This document shows positions 1 through 9,081 of a stretch of 27,943 nucleotides of DNA, one piece after another; the stretch's first letter is position 1, and each line of letters opens with the position of its first letter. The stretch covers positions 1 to 27,943 of the forward strand of contig JBDLKA010000041.1 in assembly GCA_039714075.1 (NCBI GenBank), read 5' to 3'. The position numbers and the translations under genes were made by a program. This stretch comes from Candidatus Krumholzibacteriota bacterium. GTDB lineage: Bacteria > Krumholzibacteriota > Krumholzibacteriia > LZORAL124-64-63. Below the pieces are notes generated by a model. It was not told where the DNA came from. It was given only the letters and a program-made list of their open reading frames with translations, and did no database searches.

Positions 1-66
1 CAATTCAAAGGTTCCCTGCGGAACCCCGATTCAGCCGGATTAGTTCCCTTGGAAAGGAGCGTTGGT

Positions 67-3000
67 ATGCTCCGGCGTCCCCGGTTCATTTGGATTCTGT
101 CCCTGTTCGTTCTCCTGCTTCTGACCACGGCGACCATGCCCGGTGACGCTTCCGCCCAAGGGGCGCCCGCCACCATCAAGGGAACCGTCAGGGACAAGGA
201 GTCCGGGGAGTTGTTGGACTACGCCAACGTTTTACTGGTCGGCACCACCCGGGGGACCATGTCCCTTGGCGGCGGTGTCTTCTACTTCAACGGCATGGCG
301 CCCGGCACCTATACCATCAAGGTCCTGTACCTCGGTTATGCCCCCATGGAGCAGACCGTTACCCTGCAGTCGGGTGACATCGAGAACCTGTCGTTCGATC
401 TGGAGACGGTGATCGTCGAAACCCTGCAGGCCTTCGATGTCGAAGGCGCCGAGTACATGGTCGAGGTCAAGAGCGCCGTCACCGAACATACCGTCAGCTC
501 CGAAACCTTCGAGAAATACGCCATCGATTCCGTCGACGACGCCCTGTCCAAACAGGCCGGCGTGGTTTCCCGCGCGGGCGAATTGTACGTGCGTGGCGGC
601 CGGTCGGGCGAGGTCTCCATGCAGATCGACGGTGTTTCCGTCGACAACCCCATCGGCACCGGTTCGTTGGAGGTTTCCGCCCTGGCGGTGGACAACATGA
701 GCATGGTGACCGGCGGCCTGGACGCCAAATACGGTAATGCGCTTTCCGGCGTGGTGAACATCACCACCAAGGAGGGCGGCCAGAAGTTCGGCGGCGGGTT
801 CCGTTTCCTGACCGATGATTTCGGCCGGCAGGACAAGACGTTCACCAACTACGACCGTTTCGAATACGGTTTCGGCGGGCCGTCTCCCCTGAAGGGCCTG
901 ACCTATTACTTCGCCGGCGACCTTATCTTTACCGACACCGAAAACACGTCGGTGGCCCACCGGCCCGAATACAAGGTCAAGTTGGGCAATACCACCCTGT
1001 TCAAGTTCCGGCGGCGTCAGTTCAACCAGGCCAAGGGCTCCCTCAAACTTGCCTACACCGTCAGTGAGGACAAGAAGGTCACCGCGGAATATTCCTATTC
1101 CACCAGCCTGGGCGAGCGCTACGCGCCCAACTGGAGCGTCAAGGGTTACGCCAAGAGAATTATCTACCTGCCCGAGGTTCTGCCTTATCAGGGCAGCACC
1201 GCCTGGATCGACATCGGACGTCCCATTCCCGTCTATTACGGGCCGTGGTACGAGCAAATGCTGGCGAACGCGCGCACGGCCGTGGTGGTGGACTCCCGCA
1301 ACTCGAGCGAGCGGCGGACCGCCATGCCCATTCTGGAGGTGCGCAGCGCCACCGACAACCAGATCCATACCGTGGTGGCCCACACCATGTTCGACGGGTT
1401 CCGTTATCCCTACTCTTCGTTCTCCACGGTGGCCGAGGACAGTGCGTACACGTCCTTCAACTCGGCCGACCGCCTGAACCAGACCAAGAGGATCGGGCAG
1501 GTGGCCAAGATCGTCTGGCGCCACAATCTGACCGAATCGACCTTCTACACAATGCGGCTCGGCCTGGTCGCCTTCGACTCCCGCAGCGATGTCCAGGGCA
1601 AGGATCCCTGGGAATACAACCACGGCGGGATCCGCAGCCCCGGCCTGTTCTTCGGGCAACGCAATCTCTACCTGCGGGGAACGGACTATTATACCGATCC
1701 GCTCAGTTCCTATTTCGTGACCACCAGTGACAACTTCACCTACTTCGAGGAATACAGCCGTACCTACAGTCTGGGCTTCGAATTGCAGAGCGCCCGTTGG
1801 GAGGGGCATCTGCTGGAAACCGGACTCGGCGTGCGGTACAACGATCTTGAACGCTATGCCGTGGTGGCGCCCGCTTCCATGCGTCAGAGCCGGTTCACCG
1901 GCGAATGGTCCCAGGGCGGCAACCGGAACATCTTTCATACCTACAACCCCGAAGGTTTCTGGTACGCCCAGGACCGGTGGGAATACGAAGGTATGGTGGT
2001 GAACGGCGGTCTGCGTTGGGACATGTTCTCGCCGGGTTCGGCGGCCGCCATCGAGTTGGCCAACGAGGATGTCGACGCGAACGTGATCAAGTACAAGACC
2101 GCGTTCCAGCCGCGCCTCGGTTTCGCCTTCCCCATTACCGAGCGGGACGGCTTCCACTTCCATTACGGCCGCTTCGTCCAGTTCCCCAACCGGGAGTACC
2201 TGTTCGCGAGCCAGGACCCCGTCGGCAACGCCGGCACCCTCGGCAATCCCAACCTGCAGCCCGAGACGACGGTCCAGTATTCCGCCGGCATCAAGCATCA
2301 GTTCACGGATTTCATCGCCGGCCAGTTCTCGTTGTACAGCAAGGACATCTACGACCTGATCGCTTCGACCCAGGTGACGGACGAGGACACCGGGCAGACC
2401 CTCCTGCGTTACATCAACCAGGCCTACGCCTCGGCCCGGGGCATCGAGGTCACCCTGGAGAAGCGGTACAGCGACAACTACCAGTTCAACTTCAGCTACA
2501 CCTATTCCTTCGCCGACGGCGTGGCTTCCGATTCCAACTTCGGCTCCAATCCCGACGGGCTGGAATTCCTGCCCAACCAGGAACTTCCCCTCGACTGGGA
2601 TCAGCGCCACACCTTGAACCTGATGCTCCTGCTGGCCGAGCCCGGAGTGTGGTCCTCGTCGTTCTCCTTCTCCTACGGCAGCGGTTTCCCCTGGACGCCG
2701 GTCGACCGGTTCGCCAAGAAGCAGGATCCCCTGCTGGGGAACAGCGAGAGGCTGCCGGCCACGTATTCGCTGGATATCCAGCTGGAGCGGAACATCAACT
2801 TCTACGGCAAGCGGCTGTCTTTGCAGTTGCAGGCTTTCAACCTTATTAATCAGGACATGGTTGTCGCCCCCGGTGGCGGCGGCCTCAGTCCGGGCATGAT
2901 CAACGGAGCCGGTTACGGCGGATTTTCGTATCTGACGGAGACCGGAAAGTACGGGGCAGCCCTGCTGCAGGACGCCGACGGTGACGGTGAGGATGAATTC

Positions 3001-3072
3001 ATCCCCATTGTCGATCCGCGGACTTTCGGACAGCACCGGCTGTTCCGCTTCGGGATCGGCTACTACTTCTAG
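67..3072 (+). CDS. TonB-dependent outer membrane receptor with N-terminal carboxypeptidase-regulatory-like domain and plug
   Basis: Signal peptide (…ASA/QG), then IKGTVRDKESGELLDYANV N-terminal domain, plug motifs LYVRGGR…IDGV and TGGLDAKYGNALSGVVNITTK, GNPNLQPE, and a C-terminal FRFGIGYYF beta-signal. ATG 67 follows AAGGAG; the ORF track starts at 49. Confidence 0.93.
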   Translation: MLRRPRFIWILSLFVLLLLTTATMPGDASAQGAPATIKGTVRDKESGELLDYANVLLVGTTRGTMSLGGGVFYFNGMAPGTYTIKVLYLGYAPMEQTVTLQSGDIENLSFDLETVIVETLQAFDVEGAEYMVEVKSAVTEHTVSSETFEKYAIDSVDDALSKQAGVVSRAGELYVRGGRSGEVSMQIDGVSVDNPIGTGSLEVSALAVDNMSMVTGGLDAKYGNALSGVVNITTKEGGQKFGGGFRFLTDDFGRQDKTFTNYDRFEYGFGGPSPLKGLTYYFAGDLIFTDTENTSVAHRPEYKVKLGNTTLFKFRRRQFNQAKGSLKLAYTVSEDKKVTAEYSYSTSLGERYAPNWSVKGYAKRIIYLPEVLPYQGSTAWIDIGRPIPVYYGPWYEQMLANARTAVVVDSRNSSERRTAMPILEVRSATDNQIHTVVAHTMFDGFRYPYSSFSTVAEDSAYTSFNSADRLNQTKRIGQVAKIVWRHNLTESTFYTMRLGLVAFDSRSDVQGKDPWEYNHGGIRSPGLFFGQRNLYLRGTDYYTDPLSSYFVTTSDNFTYFEEYSRTYSLGFELQSARWEGHLLETGLGVRYNDLERYAVVAPASMRQSRFTGEWSQGGNRNIFHTYNPEGFWYAQDRWEYEGMVVNGGLRWDMFSPGSAAAIELANEDVDANVIKYKTAFQPRLGFAFPITERDGFHFHYGRFVQFPNREYLFASQDPVGNAGTLGNPNLQPETTVQYSAGIKHQFTDFIAGQFSLYSKDIYDLIASTQVTDEDTGQTLLRYINQAYASARGIEVTLEKRYSDNYQFNFSYTYSFADGVASDSNFGSNPDGLEFLPNQELPLDWDQRHTLNLMLLLAEPGVWSSSFSFSYGSGFPWTPVDRFAKKQDPLLGNSERLPATYSLDIQLERNINFYGKRLSLQLQAFNLINQDMVVAPGGGGLSPGMINGAGYGGFSYLTETGKYGAALLQDADGDGEDEFIPIVDPRTFGQHRLFRFGIGYYF

Positions 3073-3126
3073 ACAGGGGCAGACGTGCTGGGCCGCCGCG
3101 GCGGTGTCGGTTTGGAAAGGATGGCA

Positions 3127-6006
3127 ATGTTAGGTACCATCAAGAATCATGCGGGGAGTGCCCGGCGGATCGGCCTTTGGTCCGGTGCGGTGTTTGGCCT
3201 CCTGCTGATGGTCGGCGTCACGGTGCCGGCCCATGGGTGGATGGATACCGAAGGCGATATTCTGGAGATGGGCTACAACCCGAACGGAGTGTTCGTTCTG
3301 GACGGTTCCTTCGTCATGAACGTGGGTGAGGTCCAGATCAATATCACCAATTTCGGTCTGATCGGCTCGGCCTACTCCACTTCGCGTCCCTGGTCCGATG
3401 CTCCTTCCTGCCAGTGGCCCTCGGGCTCCGGCAACGAATATCTCTGGGCTTCGGGCCTCTGGGTCGGCGGTATTGTCCTGGGTGAGCGGCTCTGCTCCAC
3501 CGGTGGCGGCAACGGCCTCAACGAATTCGCTCCCCTGGATGATCTCGAATATACGATCTACGAGGCCGTCGGGACCAAGCTCCTGCGTCCTACGGACAAC
3601 CCGGAGGCCAGTGGGCGGCGGGAGCCCCAGCCTTCACCCGACGACGACGACGACGGTCTGATCGACGAGGAAATCCTCAACGGGTTCGATGACGATGAAG
3701 ACGGGAAGATCGACGAGGACTTCGGCCAGATCGGCAACCAGATGTTCGTTCTGACCAACTTCGACAATACGCGACTGTCCATCGAGGGATATCCGGATCA
3801 TACCCCCATGAACCTGGAAATGATCCAGACGACATTCCAGTGGGAAAACGACCAGGTGGATGATTTCGTCGGTTTCGATTACACCATCAACAATGTCGGC
3901 GTGACTGACATCGAGGACGTCTATGTCGGCTTCTATTCCGACAGCGATATCGGTCCCCGTGGTCAAGGCGGGACCGCCGAAGACGACATGGCCGGCTCCT
4001 GGCCCGACATTCACGGCAGCCCGGGACTGGTGCGTGCTTCGGACGGCAGTTTTGTGCCCATTCAGGTGGGATACATGTACGACGCCGCCGAGTCGGGCCG
4101 CCTGGAGGGGTATTTCGGAGTCGTCTTCCTGGGCCATAACGTGGACCCCTCGGGCAGATTCGCTCCCAAGAGCGTCGGTATGCGTACCTTCCAGTCCTTC
4201 TCGGGCCTGGCCAGCTTCGAGCAGGGCGGGGATCCGACCAACGACGAAGAGCGCTACATCCTGCTCAGCAGCGAGGTGGAGGACTGGGACAACAACACCC
4301 TGACCGGCAAGCAGGCCGATTTCCGCTTCCTGGTTTCCGCCGGTCCTTTTGCGCTGCTGCCCCCCGGGGAAAGCCTGACCTTCCAGGTCGGCATGGTGGT
4401 CGGCCCCGGTCTTGGTGACGAAGGGGGTGGACGGGGGCTTTTGGGCCACTGCGCCGAGGCCGTCCTGACCTGGGACGGGATCTGGACCGACAGGCTCACC
4501 CAGGCGCAGCCCATCGACGGGTCGGCCAGTTTCAACCCCGGTATTCTCGGTCGCGAGACCATATTGTGCCGGAGCGATTTTCCGCCCGGCGGGTTCGACA
4601 ACGCGACCCCCGACTACATGGATGCCACGTGTCTGGACGAGGAATGGTTGATCGGCCAGCCGCGCCTGACCCCCTCGGATATTTTCGAGTACCAGAAATA
4701 CGACGTGGTCGAGGAATGCGCCATGTTCAACATGGACAACTGCTTCGAGTGCAACCGCCAGAATGGTTACGTTTGCGGCCCCGAGGATTTCATGGGCAGC
4801 GACCCGAGCTGGACCTGCAACGTTCCCAACCTGGGCAATCCCGCCGGTTGTACGGGTATCGACGGTATGGAATTCCAGATCCACTGGCTGGTCGGCATGG
4901 CGCCCCCTCCGCCGGGGCTGAGGTTGTGGGCTACCGACAGCAGGATTCACGTCTACTGGGACGACGATCCCGAGTTCGCGAAAGACATCCGTCTGCAGGA
5001 AATCGATTTCGAATCCTACCGCATCTGGCGCGCCGACAACTGGGACCGTCCCTTCGGTTCGTCACTCATCAACGGGCCCGAAAGCGCCCTGTGGCAGATG
5101 ATCAGTGAATACGACGTGGTCAACAGCTTCGTGACCCAGGTCCGGGTCGATGGTGAAGTCATCGAGGAAACCCTGCCTCTGGGTGCCAACACCGGTCTGG
5201 AAGTCATTTCCTACCGTCCTGTCGTTCTGGATGACCCCCGCTTCGAGGGTTTGGCCGAAGCCATGCAGGAAGTGGTGGACAATGATCCCAATGACGTGCT
5301 GAAGGTCCGGCCGGCAATCAGGAATTCCGATGGTCTGGTCATTCCCCAGTACCAGGGTCTGGTGCCCTGGGAGACCTACCCCAGCGCCCTGGACACGTTT
5401 TTCGACACGGCGTCCCGGTTGGACGACCCGGAAAACGGTGTCCGGGAAAAACGGGGGAAAAACTACTACGAGTATGTGGATCGGGACATTCACAACGGTT
5501 TCATCTACTTCTACTCGGTGACCAGCTCCGATCATGAGCTCAAGCGGTTCTCGAACCGCGATCCCGATGACCCCTATGATGTCGTGGGTCCGGGACTCGT
5601 CGGTGATCCCGGTTCGTCGTTCAATTCGACAGTGCCCGGCACCCAGTCCCAGACCGCCGAAGAGAGGGAGAAGTTCGGGGTCAACATCTACGTGTATCCC
5701 AATCCCGCCACGAGGGAGGCCCTGGCCGAATACCAGGAGCTCAAACCCAACGGCGAGGATCCCACCGGGGTCCGGGTCACGTTCACCAACCTGCCGCAGG
5801 CCAGGAATACGATTCAGATCTACACGGTCAGCGGCGACCTTGTTCAGTCTATTTCCCATAGCGGACTTGAAGGTTCCGGACATACGAGCTGGAACCTGAT
5901 GAGCCGTAATGGACAGGAAATTGTCAGTGGTGTCTACCTGTACACCGTTCAGTCCGACGATGACCGCTTCGAGGATTTCGTCGGCAAGTTCGTGGTAGTG
6001 AGGTAA
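3127..6006 (+). CDS. Large secreted protein with T9SS type-A-like C-terminal sorting domain, FN3-like module and acidic Ca-binding-like loops
   Basis: Signal peptide (…PAHG), FN3-like PPPPGLRLWATDSRIHVYWD…DFESYRIWR and YVDRDIHNGFIYFYSVTS. C-terminus IYVYPNP…IQIYTVSGDLV…WNLMSRNGQEIVSGVYLY…KFVVVR. Start is 3121 or 3127 after GGAAAGG. Confidence 0.82.
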   Translation: MLGTIKNHAGSARRIGLWSGAVFGLLLMVGVTVPAHGWMDTEGDILEMGYNPNGVFVLDGSFVMNVGEVQINITNFGLIGSAYSTSRPWSDAPSCQWPSGSGNEYLWASGLWVGGIVLGERLCSTGGGNGLNEFAPLDDLEYTIYEAVGTKLLRPTDNPEASGRREPQPSPDDDDDGLIDEEILNGFDDDEDGKIDEDFGQIGNQMFVLTNFDNTRLSIEGYPDHTPMNLEMIQTTFQWENDQVDDFVGFDYTINNVGVTDIEDVYVGFYSDSDIGPRGQGGTAEDDMAGSWPDIHGSPGLVRASDGSFVPIQVGYMYDAAESGRLEGYFGVVFLGHNVDPSGRFAPKSVGMRTFQSFSGLASFEQGGDPTNDEERYILLSSEVEDWDNNTLTGKQADFRFLVSAGPFALLPPGESLTFQVGMVVGPGLGDEGGGRGLLGHCAEAVLTWDGIWTDRLTQAQPIDGSASFNPGILGRETILCRSDFPPGGFDNATPDYMDATCLDEEWLIGQPRLTPSDIFEYQKYDVVEECAMFNMDNCFECNRQNGYVCGPEDFMGSDPSWTCNVPNLGNPAGCTGIDGMEFQIHWLVGMAPPPPGLRLWATDSRIHVYWDDDPEFAKDIRLQEIDFESYRIWRADNWDRPFGSSLINGPESALWQMISEYDVVNSFVTQVRVDGEVIEETLPLGANTGLEVISYRPVVLDDPRFEGLAEAMQEVVDNDPNDVLKVRPAIRNSDGLVIPQYQGLVPWETYPSALDTFFDTASRLDDPENGVREKRGKNYYEYVDRDIHNGFIYFYSVTSSDHELKRFSNRDPDDPYDVVGPGLVGDPGSSFNSTVPGTQSQTAEEREKFGVNIYVYPNPATREALAEYQELKPNGEDPTGVRVTFTNLPQARNTIQIYTVSGDLVQSISHSGLEGSGHTSWNLMSRNGQEIVSGVYLYTVQSDDDRFEDFVGKFVVVR

Positions 6007-6066
6007 CCCCTGGTGATAGGGGCAGATTTGTGTCAACTCCGTCTGCGGACGGATCTGGAGGTTTCC

Positions 6067-6999
6067 ATGAAACGCATCGCGATTCTGACCACCCTGCTGC
6101 TGGTTTTGCCTTCCCTGGCTTTGGGTGCAGGGTTTGCCAAAGTCGGCACCTTCGGGGGTCAGGAACTCAAGATCGGCGTGAGTGCGAGAGCCACCGGTAT
6201 GGGGTCAGCCTTCACCGGAGTGGCGGATGACGCCACCGCGGTGTTCTGGAATCCCGGTGGGCTCGTCAACGTCAAGGCCAACGAGGTTTCCCTGAACCAC
6301 GTGGCCTGGGCCGCCGACACCAAACTCAGTACCGCCGTCATTGCCTTCAACCCGCGGTCCATTCCCGGGACGTTCGCCTTCTCCGTAAGGTCGTTCTGGA
6401 TGGATCCCCAGTTGGTCCGGACGGCGTACAATCCCGAGGGCACCGGCGAAACATTCGATGCCGGTACGACGACCTTCGGCCTGACCTATGCCCGGTTCTT
6501 TACCGACAAGTTCTCCGCCGGCCTGACGCTGAACTACCTGCACATGGGTTTGGCGGAGGCCGCGGTTAATACCGGTTCGCTGGACTTCGGCATCATGTAC
6601 AGGATCGGCATCAAGGATCTGAAGCTGGGTATGACCATCCAGCATCTGGGCGGGAAGTTCACGTTCGACGAGCGGGAATCGAAGCTCCCGGTCGCCTTCA
6701 AGGTGGGGGCCAGCTTCAACGCCTTCCGCAGCGACAACCAGCGTCTGACCGCCGCGTTCGAATTCCAGCATCCTTCCGACAACCTGGAAAGGGCCAACGC
6801 GGGACTGGAGTACGGACTCAACGACATGTTCTTCGTGCGGGGCGGGTATCACATCAACTATGATACCGACGGCCTGGCCTTCGGGTTCGGCGCCGGGCTG
6901 CCCACCGGCGAGACCACGAAGATTTCCGCGGATTACAGTGCCGTGGACATGGACGCCATCGGCTATGTCCACCGGTTCACGGTTTCGGTCACCTACTGA
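6067..6999 (+). CDS. PorV/PorQ-family (UPF0164-like) outer membrane beta-barrel
   Basis: Signal peptide, then LKIGVSARATGMGSAFTGVADDATAVFWNPGGL family signature, amphipathic strands and a C-terminal HRFTVSVTY. GGAGG precedes ATG 6067. Confidence 0.85.
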   Translation: MKRIAILTTLLLVLPSLALGAGFAKVGTFGGQELKIGVSARATGMGSAFTGVADDATAVFWNPGGLVNVKANEVSLNHVAWAADTKLSTAVIAFNPRSIPGTFAFSVRSFWMDPQLVRTAYNPEGTGETFDAGTTTFGLTYARFFTDKFSAGLTLNYLHMGLAEAAVNTGSLDFGIMYRIGIKDLKLGMTIQHLGGKFTFDERESKLPVAFKVGASFNAFRSDNQRLTAAFEFQHPSDNLERANAGLEYGLNDMFFVRGGYHINYDTDGLAFGFGAGLPTGETTKISADYSAVDMDAIGYVHRFTVSVTY

Positions 7000-7050
7000 C
7001 CCCTGTGGTGACCAGCCGGCCTTGCTGACACAAATCCTTCGATCTGCCCG

Positions 7051-7080
7051 ACCGCCCCGTGAAAACGGGGCGGTTTTTTT
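7051..7080 (+). terminator. Rho-independent terminator closing the receptor-cargo-PorV unit
   Basis: Perfect stem ACCGCCCCGT-GAAA-ACGGGGCGGT followed by a T run. Confidence 0.9.
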
Positions 7081-7188
7081 CATGGCTTGACTGGCAATTG
7101 CGGGGTAAATTCCTTACAATCATTGCAATCGGGTTTGCCCGATGCCGGTCGAGGGGGATCGGTTGGTCACCACAGTAAAGGCCTGGTC

Positions 7189-8835
7189 ATGGCATTCCAG
7201 TCAAACCGCACCTTACGGTCTGTCTGTTCGCATTCTTTTATTTCCCTCCTGACGTTGTCGATGCTGCTTCTTCCCGGTGCGGCCCGCGCGGTTCTGCATC
7301 CCCTGGACGGGGCCGGGAATTTTCACACCTATGTCGATGTCGTCAATCGCTGGGTGTCCGAGGACAGGCTCGATGTCCTGGTCCTCGTGGAAATGTCCAA
7401 CGTGGATCTGGAATACAAGGAAGAGAAGGGCGGCCTGGTGGGGAGGATGCGGCTGGAGGTCCAGCTGACGGGGCCCGACGGTCAGGTCATTTCTCAAAAG
7501 CGGCATCTGCGGACCAGGGTCCTCTCCGTCGAGGATGCGGTTTCCACTACCCTGCACCAGGTTTTCGGCCTGGTGATGAATGACGTTCCCTTTCGTTCCG
7601 GACGCTTCAATTGCCAGGTTTACGACGTCAACCGGCGCCGCCCGGGCCTGCTGAACCAGATTGCCAAACGCAATTCACGAAGCGAGTGTTCCACCGCCTG
7701 GGCGGCCGAGGACGGTCCCCGCGCAGCCGAGGGCATTGCCCTGGAGGATCCTCTTTTCCTGGTGCATGCCCCGTTTGCCCAGTGGAATCCGGACAGCCCC
7801 GTCGATGTCGTAAGGGGCGACGGTTGGCTGCACGATTACATCCACCCGTCACGCCGCTACGGGCTGGAGCAGGATCGTCTACAGATTTTCCAGCCCGTGT
7901 GGCCTCCGGCCGGTGGCATTGGGCTGGATGAAACCGATCTGGGTCTCCGGGTCCAGGTTGTCAGCATGGATATGGAATATTCCCTAAACGACACCATCGG
8001 TTTTGACCAGCGCGGCCGGGCCGCCCTGTCCGCCGGACGTCCCGCGGCCCTGTTCTACGAGTTGGATGTCAACCTGTTGCCCGAAGGCGCCTACCGCCTG
8101 AGTCTGGCGCCTCTGGGCGGCCAGGGGCGTGGCACCCTGATCGAGTTCGACGTGGTGTGGCGCCTGGCGGCCCTCGGCAGGCACCGGAGCCAGGTTCTGG
8201 GGGAAGGCCGGACCGTCCTGGAGGGTAAGGCCCTGTCCGCGTTCCTGGCGGCCAGTCCCGCGGAACAGGAAAAGCTGCTGGATGATTTCTGGGACGATCT
8301 CAACCCCGATCCCGAGAGTCCGGTCAACGAGGTCTATCTGGAATTCCTGTACCGGGTGGCGTATGTGAAGAAATTTCTCGGTGGTTTCGGCCAGATGGGT
8401 GCGATTGATGAACGGGGCGAGGTGTTCCTGCTCATGGGCCCGGCGGATGAATTCCAAATCCACCACTTGCCGATGAACTTCCGCGAACAGGACGACGCCA
8501 GGATCAAGGTGTACAGCAGACTCGCCCCGGACCGGGAAGGCACTCAATCAAAAGGCGTCAGCAGCGAGGGGACCCAGGGGCTTGACCCCTACCAGGACTC
8601 CGGGGGTATTCCCATGCCGTTTTCGCGACGGGCTGAAGCCCAGCGCCAGACGCAGATCTATTCCCCGACCCACAACTTCCCCTTTGAATTGTGGATATAC
8701 GACGATGTCGGGAAAACCTTGTTTCCCAACAGGTTCTCACGGAAGGGCATGGGGCAGAGATTCCTCTTCGTCGACCGGACGGGCTTGGGACATTACTCCC
8801 TGGAATCCTCCAATGTCCTGCAGGGCGAGGAGTGA
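7189..8835 (+). CDS. GWxTD-domain-containing exported protein (divergent motif)
   Basis: Signal peptide (…AARA). FWDDLNPDPESPVNEVYLEFLYRVAY…GAIDERGEVFLLMGPAD, then ELWIY and FLFVDRTGLGHYSL, matching the GWxTD domain layout. Start uncertain (ORF track 7087). Confidence 0.72.
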   Translation: MAFQSNRTLRSVCSHSFISLLTLSMLLLPGAARAVLHPLDGAGNFHTYVDVVNRWVSEDRLDVLVLVEMSNVDLEYKEEKGGLVGRMRLEVQLTGPDGQVISQKRHLRTRVLSVEDAVSTTLHQVFGLVMNDVPFRSGRFNCQVYDVNRRRPGLLNQIAKRNSRSECSTAWAAEDGPRAAEGIALEDPLFLVHAPFAQWNPDSPVDVVRGDGWLHDYIHPSRRYGLEQDRLQIFQPVWPPAGGIGLDETDLGLRVQVVSMDMEYSLNDTIGFDQRGRAALSAGRPAALFYELDVNLLPEGAYRLSLAPLGGQGRGTLIEFDVVWRLAALGRHRSQVLGEGRTVLEGKALSAFLAASPAEQEKLLDDFWDDLNPDPESPVNEVYLEFLYRVAYVKKFLGGFGQMGAIDERGEVFLLMGPADEFQIHHLPMNFREQDDARIKVYSRLAPDREGTQSKGVSSEGTQGLDPYQDSGGIPMPFSRRAEAQRQTQIYSPTHNFPFELWIYDDVGKTLFPNRFSRKGMGQRFLFVDRTGLGHYSLESSNVLQGEE

Positions 8836-9081
8836 TCCGCCAAGATGATAAAGGGTTTGACTTGGTACCCCCATCTGCACTAATTATATCAAGCAACTAG
8901 ACTCCAATGACCGGGTGATTCAGTGGGTTCGGAGTGGTTCAGATGCGGTTCCGCAGCGTCTTGGTTGACGTTTTTTGCGGCCCCCTGACAGCTGACGGGC
9001 AGATCCCCACCTGCTTCTTGTTCCGTATCCCGGCACCAGTCTTTCTAAGGGTCCCAATTTCTGGAAAGGGAGACTTGCACA

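Noticed and set aside
10..25. GGTTCC-CTGC-GGAACC hairpin upstream of the receptor as part of a riboswitch
   Set aside because: Too little upstream sequence lies in the window, and no cobalamin or TPP consensus is visible.
232..3036. 934-aa antisense ORF opposite the receptor
   Set aside because: Shadow ORF expected from high GC3 codon bias, with no motifs. The plus-strand gene is clearly real.
4741..4755. CxxC in the cargo protein as a haem c site
   Set aside because: It reads CFECN, without the His required by CxxCH.
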